Positions 54,409 to 64,000 of a stretch of DNA of 64,000 nucleotides are shown in pieces. Source of the stretch: Raillietiella orientalis (taxonomy: Eukaryota). The notes below the pieces were generated by a model, which made no database searches, had not been told where the DNA came from, and saw only the letters and a list, made by a program, of their open reading frames with translations. Each line of letters opens with the position of its first letter. The first letter of the stretch is position 1. The DNA lies in assembly GCA_036172245.1 (NCBI GenBank), contig JAYWIR010000003.1:5642001-5706000 (forward strand). Direction: 5' to 3'. A program made the position numbers and the translations under genes.

Positions 54409-54801
54409 ATGGACGAATTGAATTGTTTACACAATGAACTCTGTCAATTACGTGAGGAGGAGAAAACTATTGAACGTCTTCTGGTTGTATTGAAGGAGCA
54501 ATTAAATCATTTGTGTGTAGAAGAATTAGATATCATTAGTAAAATTCGGGACAATACATTACAGTGTCATAAGCAATTGCAACTTAGCTCAAAAGAAATG
54601 CAAGATGAAGTTGATTCATTTAACATAATGGAAGAACAAGTCAATCAAACGTATCTTGACCTTTCACTGTCAGGTGAGTTGGCTTATGGCACTTAAATGC
54701 GATATCTAATAAGTAAATATTTATTAGGAAAAGGACAAGATGTAGGCTCTGATGATGATAGTCTGGGCAGTTTTGATGAAGAGGAACTTCGGTTTTTGTA
54801 G
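54409..54801 (+). CDS. SNAPC5: snRNA-activating protein complex subunit 5 (SNAP19), 112 aa, 2 exons
   Basis: QLREEEKT...LKEQLNHLCVEEL and VNQTYLDLS match SNAPC5 (ELRKEEET...DQLNRLKVEEL; INQTTLELS). The 54-nt intron 54674-54727 adds an acidic tail. Confidence 0.85.
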
Positions 54802-54825
54802 AACACCTTCAACATGGGGACACAA

Positions 54826-57800
54826 TTATTTCCTTAATGTTTGAGCATGCCCTTCTAAGGCTACATGACATCGCTCTTGCACATCTTGAAAATCTGTACA
54901 ACTGCCTTTACGAAGTGCTAAAGGTGACGTTTGTCTCAGCACTTCCATGTCATTAAATACCACTTGGGATCCTCCCCCTGCTGTAGGCAGCACATCCCCT
55001 TTGATCATGCATGTTTCCAGTTCTCCATCTGATGCTTGTTCTTGATGCAACAATAAATACTTAGTGCTTCTTTCGACATCTTGAACTTTTAATCGATCTA
55101 CTGAACGTTTTTTATGCAATTTTGGCTGTAAAACTGTTGCTAGTTCTATTTGTGGACAAGGTTTATGTTGTAGCCACATATCTTTATCTGTAGAACGAGA
55201 GCGCCTATGTCTAGGGTTCACTGTGGCAGGTCCTCGTTTCTTTGCAGAAAAAACAGAACAATCATATGGCTGTTTTTGGAAAGCTTGACTGAGTTTGGAT
55301 GCAGATCGAGAGTGTGAGATGGGTATATCCATGTGAGCATGGCTGGCATCACTATCTGAGGTCTCAGGAGAAAGTTTTGTACCACTAACAATGGAATTAC
55401 AATTACTTGACTTGTAAAACACAGGCAGTCTGCATTCAGTTCTCTGCAAATAAATCAGTTGAATGTTTCCAGTGATTTCTTCAGGTGAACTCTACTTGCC
55501 TGACCATCTGCTACAAATCTCTCATAAGCTCTTGCTTTATGAAATACAGCACCCTTGTGGTATGTCATTGTTTGCTGCTTTCTAGTTTCCTGGTTTCTCA
55601 TTTTTTGCTGTAGTGTTTGTATCTGCTCCTGTAAGGTAACTATCTTGCATTCTTTCTCTTTGTCTGAACACTCCAACTGCTCATTTTTCGTCTTCAAAAG
55701 AATCACCGCACGTTCTAAAGCATCTTTATTTTTTTGTAATTGTGTTAGTTGAGAATTTATTTCTTCTCTTTTCCATCTATCTTCATCCAGTATCTCATAA
55801 AGTGTTAAATCCCAATGCTTTACTGTAAATTGGGGCAAACAGTATATTTGCATTTCTCTTAGTATAACATACCTTTTTGTTGCACTAATTCCATGCAAAA
55901 TTGCATCTTTTTTTGAAAGGTTTTTCTCTTCATACAGAGATCCACAAAGTGTTGCTCTTCCATGTTAATTAAAGTATCAGTGTCAGGGAACTTTTCGAAA
56001 ATCAGGTTTTCTTCCTGAGCATCCTGCCACAGTTTTCTGCTGCATGGAGTTTGCCCGAGATCAACTCTCTGTGGTAGGCGAATTTGTACTTCTTGTGTTG
56101 CTTCCGCAAAGCGTAGCACATGCTACTGGAAAACATGATTTTATGATTGTTTAAGACTCACTGTGTTTTCTTCGTAAGTGTGCATAGCAGGATTTATGCA
56201 CACAATCATACGGACATGCCCATCTCCTTCAAAATAGTTTTTGAACAAATGGGTTAGCCTGCAGTCTCGGTATGGTACCATACGGTTTCCACCATGCTTT
56301 TGATTTTCTCGAAGTATTTCAATGCAATTGCGCAATGCCATCAATGATGAATTTATGTTGCCTGCCTCCTTCAGTTGGTCTCCTCTTGTTTTGGCTCGTC
56401 CTGTACGCTCACTACCAGCGAGATCCACCAGGGATAGCTGCTTGACAGTCAGGTTTGTGTTTGTATTTGGGAATTTTTGTGCATCACAGTCAGCAGGTAA
56501 ACTCAACAATTTTAAAGTAAAAACACTATGACTACGACTTGATTCATCATTGAGGGCTGTTTGGGCTACTCGTCTTTTCTTCTGTCCTTTTTGAAACATC
56601 TCCCAAGCATCATCAGCATTCTTCACTTGTACTTCATTAGCACCAAAGACATACATGCAGCGATTTGAATCCTCTCGTAGAAGGTGTGATTGGAAAAGTC
56701 TTTGCTGTGGTCCATCATTTGCATCTTCAAGTAAGTCATAAATGTAATTGTTGTATATCTGTATGTATGTGACAAATACAGCATATACACGAGTCTCATC
56801 TGCTTCCATCACAAGGGAACTTTCTGGAATGCGAGTTCTGAATTCCTTCCTATGCTTTAATATGAAAAAAAGCTCACACAAGGATAGTCATACTTAATAC
56901 GCTTGTGAGGAAGTTCTTGAACTGCATCTGGCAAGATCTGCACTTCATAACCATTAATTTTATCGGGGATAAAAGCATATTGATTATTTTGTAATTTGCC
57001 AATGCTTTTGAAGATGACATCCAATGTTCTTGTGAGTATTCCTGCCTCAGAAGGAGTACCAGCCATTGTATACGTTTTACCTTGAATATAAATCCTGTGT
57101 TACATCATATCATAAAATGGTAAGAGAATCAAGTCCTACCAGAACCAGTAGTCCCATATGTGAAAAGAACTCCATTCTTTCCTTCAAGTAATCCCTTAAC
57201 AAGAGGCAGTGCTGCATGACGAAACAAAGCCTTTTGAGTAGTATGCTCATCAAATACGTATTTAAAGGAAAACTGAGGAATTTTTGCTGGAGTTCTGGCT
57301 GAAAGTTCTGGAGGTATCAGTTGCACAGTAGTACAGTTCACAATTTGAATGCATGATGTTCCTGTATCAGCTTCCTTTGGCAAAGGCCTAATTCGGCAGT
57401 ATACTTCAACTAAATCACCGGAATTCCAATCCGATCCTGCTGTTGCTTTACGGCTTGGTGTTTTTAGCCTTCCCACATTCTTGGAATTACTATTTGAAAG
57501 TTTTTATCACACATTTACAAATATAAAATTCAATTCTTGCGTGTTTTAAAAATGACTATTCAGTTTAACCAATTTTGTAAGAAAACATAAATAAACCCAT
57601 TACATTTAGCACCAATGTTGCAGAGTTGGAGAAAGGTTTATCTAATTCTGAAGAAAAAATCAAGAAAAAGTTGGGAAATAAGAAAATTCTGAATTTCCAA
57701 TTTTAATTGAAGGTTTCTCTTTTCAAACAAACTGGAAAAATATTACCTATGTACACCTTCGTCACTATTGGAACGCGAATGTTTATGCTTACAGATTTTC

Positions 57801-57997
57801 ACCTGATCCTTACGTGTCCAAGATCCTTACGTGTGAATATTAAGATGAAACTTACAAACTAATGAAGGAGACTTTTTTCGAAAACAGTACTCAAAAATAA
57901 AGAATCTAATTAGGAATATAACTACGTTCTGTTATAGCATAACTAATAAAATACATTAAAATGAATTTCAATTCACTTACTAGATCTTGCCTGCCAT
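54826..57997 (-). CDS. KIF23: Kinesin-6 MKLP1/pavarotti, ~810 aa, 7 exons
   Basis: Exons 57981-57997, 57140-57489, 56894-57080, 56162-56849, 55873-56122, 55500-55822 and 54826-55443 total 2433 nt. Motifs: [10 protein letters not shown]-loop [31 protein letters not shown] and the MKLP1 tail [17 protein letters not shown]. Confidence 0.96.
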
Positions 57998-58042
57998 TTC
58001 TTCTCGAAGCGGATTCCAAATGGGGCAACAAGCATTACATCG

Positions 58043-58054
58043 TTTGAATTTCGC
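58043..58054. promoter_or_regulatory. Putative CHR/E2F (DREAM-type) element upstream of KIF23
   Basis: TTTGAATTTCGC lies about 45 nt upstream of the KIF23 ATG. Confidence 0.55.
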
Positions 58055-58199
58055 ACCAAACTCCAACGAATAGTACGAATCTGACAGGGTAATCAGATTC
58101 ATTTGGATAATGCTCATAAGCAATTTTCAAAAAAATACAAATATTAAAGCAAAAATAATAAAATATTGTATGGAGAAATGAACTGCTAACAAGAGAGCG

Positions 58200-58231
58200 G
58201 TCTTTCTTGATAATTCTTTATCAAGAAAGAC
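58200..58231. repeat. Perfect 14-bp inverted repeat with a 4-nt loop
   Basis: GTCTTTCTTGATAA-ttct-TTATCAAGAAAGAC. Confidence 0.9.
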
Positions 58232-59763
58232 TCTATTATTCTCTACATTTTACTTGTGTACTCATGCAAAGCTGTGAGGATAAGGTTTTTTGAAAATCAT
58301 CAAAAATTGTCGAAATTGAGTCCATCAGATGCTATGCTTTATGATTTTTCATAAAAGTAACTCATGGCTTCTAAGTTTTCATCCTATTCAAATTTATAAG
58401 GATTGTATAATACAACTGTGGTATTTATAAATTCGTGAATGAATCTAAATGAATATGGAAAAGTTATAGTAAATTCTTTTCTACAACACAATCCCTGATC
58501 AAAAGGGACGGGTAAGGAATTGAAATACTGCCACTGAAAAGTTCGCTTTAGTTCATATAATGATGCAAAACAAAAGCACACTACTCATATTTCATTGAAA
58601 ACTAAGTTTTATATTATATATATCTACTTATATATGTGTATTATTATATCCGAATTTCTTTTGCTCTGCTCATATCCGTATAATAATATGCATACAAGCC
58701 ATCTATTACAGTTAATGATTCATAACTCTTATCACGAATTCGTAATGGAATAATGTTTTTAAAAAGATCTCAATTAGATTTTAAAATAGCAAAATCATTG
58801 GGACTCATAATGAAAAGCTGAATCGCAAATTCGGTGGAAAACGAAATTCATAATCAGTAAACATTATATAAATTCATTGTATTGGTGTGATTTCAAGACC
58901 ATGAGATTGCCGGGAACGGGTGTCTGGACGTTAATCGTTCAAATTTTAATTCAAAGAAGTAATCTCAAGCAATGAAAGAAAACAGCAGGTGTTTTATGTG
59001 TTCATTTCTTGTAAAGGACTATAAGTTTTTATTTGTGGGCAGCACGTTTGCAAAAAAGCTTTAATCCTCGTCGAGTAATATCTAAATACAAATCGGAATA
59101 ATGCCGAAAAAACTGAAAAATAGCTGTCTCATTGAAAACAGACAGACTTTCTTTGCAACACTTGATGCTTTTGTAATTTTAGAAGACGTTTGTACGGCCA
59201 TCTTTCATGTTTCGGTCATGTTATCTTATAATAGGCACATAATTTTCAGTCATGATATTTATTAAAATTATTCACTAACACTGTCATATTTGTTTAGTTT
59301 AGTATTTAAAATTAACAGATACAATTCACAAATTAGATGCAAGGATAGGTACTGCATACATTGGATGCGTGTAAATTAGATACATTGTTGATTCCACTTT
59401 TTTAATGATTGCTCGGTGTGCAGGCAGGATTTTTTCCGTAAGAATTTGTACAAACTCCATTAGTATGATTAAAGGATTCAAGTGCAAATTGTGACTGTGG
59501 AAGCCACAGAGCTTTCAGCATTTTTTTTTAATTATCGAAATCAAGAAGTAATTTATTCTGTTGACTTTGTTTGATTGCAGATGCTTCTAAGTGTGTATAT
59601 GCGAATAACCAGTGTGACTTGAAACCCAAGGGGTTTCTGGTTGATCAGCATCAGATAATGTATTATCTACTTCAGAGAAAAGTCAGGGGTGCTTTCATTA
59701 AAAGAAACTCAGTTCACAAGTGGATCTACTAGAGGCAAAATGATGGGGGACATATAAAACACC

Positions 59764-59767
<4 letters not shown>

Positions 59768-59801
<34 letters not shown>

Positions 59802-59806
59802 CATAC
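59768..59806. repeat. (TA)n/(TACA)n microsatellite
   Basis: Seen directly in the sequence. Confidence 0.95.
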
Positions 59807-60949
59807 ATCCGCAACCATCAACTTAACCCCATTACCGCTAAGTATCGTGGACTGGAAGCGGAACCTCTGCTCCTACTACAAAGAGGATGCACATTCTCTA
59901 CCTTCCGAGGAATGAAAGAGTGCGGAAGAAAAAGGAAAGTATGCTGAAGATACAGAAAGACGCTTAGGAATCATTTGGGGTTTCACCTCCTTCGAAAAAG
60001 CCACTTCCATGAGCCTGTGATAGAGCCTATTTGTCAGCAGCAGTGGTTAAACATTGCTCAAGTGAAGAGATTGTTTGTTTGGTGCTGGAGATCTTTTTGC
60101 AAAGTAAAGAACTGAAGGGAAAGACAGCAAGATATGAAAACGCTTTCTTATAAGCCAGTAGTACGAAAAGAGCATTGAAATTTCTATATCAAAAATGAGA
60201 ACCTGATGTATTTCGATTTGTTAAGCTGGAATCGATTTTTTCAGGGATTTGGATTGAGAGTAAAATTGAGTGCTGGCAAACTAACAGCAGAAAACGTTGA
60301 GTGATTCCCTTGCTTCTTCTCTACGTCTTGTTTCATTACAGAGGTCTGAAACTGTTCCGGAGCAGCGTCAGAATGTTCATTTGCAGTACTTATATGAAAG
60401 CAAAACAAAGTTAGGAGTCATTATGTCAAGGAAGATACTGTGTATGTATGTATATATGTACATATATATATATACGCCCTCAAGTCAATTAGTGCTCACT
60501 TTCATGCTTTAATGTATAATTTATTTTGCGATTTCCATTATACCCTTGGATTGCTACATATCCATGATTGGAATGTGTATTCCTAAGTAGTGTAGCTATT
60601 TTCTCATGTTCACAATGCTGCAGCATCCCTGCTTTCTTTACATAGCAAGTTGCTTACATTTTGATTGGTTTATCGATTTCGCTTGCTTCCAAATAATTCC
60701 GCTTGCATGCGACACAGCATCACGTATAACTGTGGCATAGGGTCATAAGATTATAATGTCTTTAACCATTATTCGCACTAAATCTAGCAGCCATTGCTCT
60801 CTCTCTCTCTCTCTCTTTTGGATGAACTGGAGATTTTTCAGCTTCTCGAGTCTGAACAAATTAAGCCTATTCCGGATGTAACGATTTATTCGTACCCCCA
60901 AATTACCGGAACTTTCAACTGGTTTAACCTACCCATGGAAGGTATTGGT

Positions 60950-62680
60950 TGTCACGGGCAGCAGGACGGTGGTCATGGCAGTCGGAATCCTCTAAGGAGG
61001 GTGTGCAACGGCTCTCTCCTGAAAAAGCAACTGTCCCCGAAGATGGATGGCGCTCAAGCGTCGAGACCATGCCCAACCGCCGGGACAGGGTCGTTCCTGC
61101 TTCCCAGTGTTCCGTCGTCGGAGGGCGGAGGGTTTCACAGCTTCCGGCGACTTTCGAGCGTTTCCGGTGGCGCCGACGCGCTCAAAAGGTTCACATCACG
61201 ATCTTCCCTGGGGCCGTAGTCGGCGCAGATTTTGGTGATGGAAGCAAGTACTCCAGAGACCCTGGAGGTCCGACGTGGGGAAGGGTCATACGTAAGCAGC
61301 CTTTGAGCACGGCCCAGTCGATCCCGAGTCATCGGAGAAGCTCCCCGAAATTTCAATACACCAATCAGTGCACGAAGGCATTAGGCGTTCTCCGAAGGCG
61401 ATCTACATGTCCATCTGTTCCGCAATAATTGCTGCACTCTCTTTGCCAACCTATACGAGAACGGTTCTGCATTATTTCACCACAGTCTCTCTTGAAGGCT
61501 CCCTCAATGAAGGTTCTCTCTAGCCCCAAATTAATCTTGGCTACTAGTGCGGAAACTTGAAGATGGACATCCGCTTTTTATACTTTAATGTTTAAAAAGC
61601 TCTCGCCCGTATTCTAAGACACGTCCAGCTCAATACCTTTCATCTCGGGATGGGATGTCTACACAACCACCATCATGCTAGGTCATCCTCGTTTGTTTCG
61701 TCATTTTCCAAGATGGCTTGTCGTTGCTGACAGAGATCTGGACGATGAATCTTCGTTTCAGGGAACACAGTCCTGTTCTGCTTTGATGGGAATGGTGACT
61801 GGTTCCTCGCTACGTGGTGCGATCCACAGTACTCCGGATCCACGAAAACCTTTCCCTTTCTGTTGTCTCCACATCCCCTTATGGTCCAGAACAAGCTTCT
61901 CTGTCAGCTCTGGAGATAAGATATAAAAAAGGATACTGGAATAAGCAGGGGATGGAAGCTTCATAGTTCGTTCCGAGACAGATAATCGGTCAGGGAAGCA
62001 CAAGTGGAGCTCTCAGCAGAGCCGGCGTGAGTGCTCGAGAGATCTTGAGTCGAGGGCCATTAAAATCCTCCAGTCCTCATCAAGAGAAAAAAAAAACAAA
62101 AACGCGCGCAGAGTCCTTCCTGCTGCCGGTTTTAGTCTTCTCATTTCTCTTACTTGGGAGCGTTTCCGAAAGTCCAGGGCACGCGGACGGCTTCTTCTTG
62201 AAAGGAAACTGTCCGAAAGGATGCCCTACATGGGTAGAATGAGACCTAACCGAAAATACTCATCCCTATCCAATCTTCGCTTCTGTTTTACGTAAAGAGT
62301 ATTCCGCAGTCTCGGTATGTGATTTTAGATGGGGCCACCGTCACCAGCTGGAATCAGAGGCGCCAGTCTGGATGGACTACGGGTCTCCTTCCGAACGTTG
62401 GTTTTTTGCTTTTTAAGGAACGTTGCAAGCAATACAGAAGGATAAGAAAACCTTAGGGGACGGACTAGTTGACACTGCTGACTAATCTGAAACCAGGAAT
62501 CTCCACTCAGTAGATCCCCATCATCTTCCCAGTCGGTGATTTATATATCCCTTTTTGGGAATATCTCTACGAAATCAATAAGCACTCAAGAAGCGTTCGC
62601 CTAGAGACTCAAGATGCTCTTCAACACTGTCCCACGTCACCCGAGAGTGCATATAACTTTTCAAGTTAGAGGATGATCCC
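60950..62680 (+). mobile_element. Strongly decayed L1-like ORF2 (APE/RT remnants)
   Basis: AVVGADFG resembles IGGDFN, LTLL..KPG...IPIIFPVGDLYI resembles the WRPISLLN.DYK region, and LKMLFNTVP resembles EKAFDTV. Confidence 0.35.
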
Positions 62681-63230
62681 GGAGGAGCCACCCTATGAAT
62701 CCAGAGACGCTCCGGAGGAAGAAGACGCTCCCTCTTTCCGGAGGGAATTCCGAATCTCTTCGTTATTCTCTCCGGAGGGATCAGTTTCCCGGAGGGGGCC
62801 GTTCCTTATTTCTCCTTCGAAGGAAACCCGGAAAGCATTCCACTCCTGGAATTTCTTCTCCGATGGGAACCCACCCTCAAGGGAACCGCTCCTCTAAAGA
62901 GGACTCCGAATGGACTCTTCCCAACTTCTCCGACGGGTCGCTTCCCAAAGAGAGAGGCGTGCTTCTGACACTTCGGAGAGGCAACTCCCGAGGGCGACAT
63001 AAACCAGTTCCATTTGCATAGCCGGAAGGAAACCCCGAAGCGAACCGTTGCTCCTTGCTTCCTGGAAAGAGTCCGGAAGTCCACTTCCAGCCCCGGCCAG
63101 TCAAAGGAGGCATTCGGGGACATCCGGATTCTTCCAGTGCCGCACCCAGAGCCTGGAGATCAACCAGAATCATCCTGCGGGGGCATACTCGAAACCTACA
63201 ACGCATCCCCCGTTCTCGGCGTCGATCCTT

Positions 63231-63299
63231 CCCCGGGCGGGATTCGAACCCGCAACGCTTGGTGCCACCACGCGCGGAGACCTCAGCCACGCAGCCCCC
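63231..63299 (-). other. tRNA-derived Pol III head (SINE 5' region or tRNA pseudogene)
   Basis: The minus strand has an A-box-like GTGGCTGAGG and a perfect T-arm/B-box GCGGG-TTCGAAT-CCCGC. The acceptor stem does not pair, so this is not a functional tRNA. Confidence 0.65.
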
Positions 63300-64000
63300 A
63301 ACGAAATCCATAAGCGGGTCGTCAGTTCGCTTAGGCCGATTTCCACTTAGAATCCTTTAGCAGATGGTGAAGAGGATGCACTAAGGGAAAAGTCGCTGCT
63401 TCATTGTCGACTGAAAGAGAGGAGACGCATCTTCGGAACTGCTAATGTGGCTTGCAAACGGAATGTTACTGCTTACAGCTGCGACGGCTGACATTTTTAT
63501 TTTTTTTCCCCCCCTCTGGTGTTTGATATGGTTCACAGACCAAAATAATGAATAATCCGAAGTCAGATGGAGCGATCTCTTCATGGAGTTTCGTTCCCAG
63601 ATCAGAACCGTGAACGGTTTGAGCCATGGATCCCTGATTCGCAAGGAAGCGGCGAGCTCCAGGATTCGGGTGGATGATGTACTCAACAACTCCACCAGCT
63701 GCTGCTAAAAAATCCTTTATCCCACCCGCATCATGTCACCTGACCCATATTTATAGGATGAATCTTGCGTCTTCCGTGTCTGCTGCTGCGGCTCCTCTTA
63801 AGAATCTCCTTCTGCTGCATCGTTTTCGTTTCCATCCGCATCGTTTTTTTGACAGCCAGAGTTCGATTAGAACTTACAGCATCCAATTTCCTGTTCCGTT
63901 TTTCGTTTTCTTGTCACTACGAAAACGATCCACGTTGTTCAGTGGATTTCACAACTGTGAGGAACAGGGCGCACTCCAGCGTGCTTCTTTCTCTCAGAAC

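Noticed and set aside
35293..57997. Stop-codon reassignment or programmed frameshifting as the cause of fragmented ORFs
   Set aside because: Every break in the host genes is explained by a short GT-AG (one GC-AG) intron under the standard code.
1..64000. CRISPR arrays, operons or prokaryotic defence systems
   Set aside because: The sequence is eukaryotic; no regularly spaced repeat-spacer array or bacterial gene organisation is seen.

Overview
Nuclear DNA of an invertebrate metazoan, most likely an arthropod; a cox1 NUMT in it reads in the invertebrate mitochondrial code. I reconstructed five host genes by hand: KANSL1/NSL1 (+), a Fer/Fes tyrosine kinase (-), a HAUS7-like gene (-), SNAPC5 (+) and KIF23/pavarotti (-). 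Apart from three long 5' introns, their 18 introns are only about 28-59 nt, often with weak polypyrimidine tracts. At least one further gene, hidden from the ORF track by such introns, may lie at about 14-16 kb. Between the genes are decayed transposons: two copies of a NeSL/R2-type RLE non-LTR element, L1/Tx1-like elements, a complete hAT element with TIRs and TSD, a MITE and a tRNA-derived head. The most striking feature is at 46.6-47.7 kb. There an ORF resembling a Qinviridae-like negative-strand RNA virus nucleoprotein sits between two head-to-head retrotransposons. It runs in frame into the zinc-finger N-terminus of the NeSL-like element and is preceded by a candidate 50-nt host-type intron. 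All family assignments come from motif recognition, not database searches.
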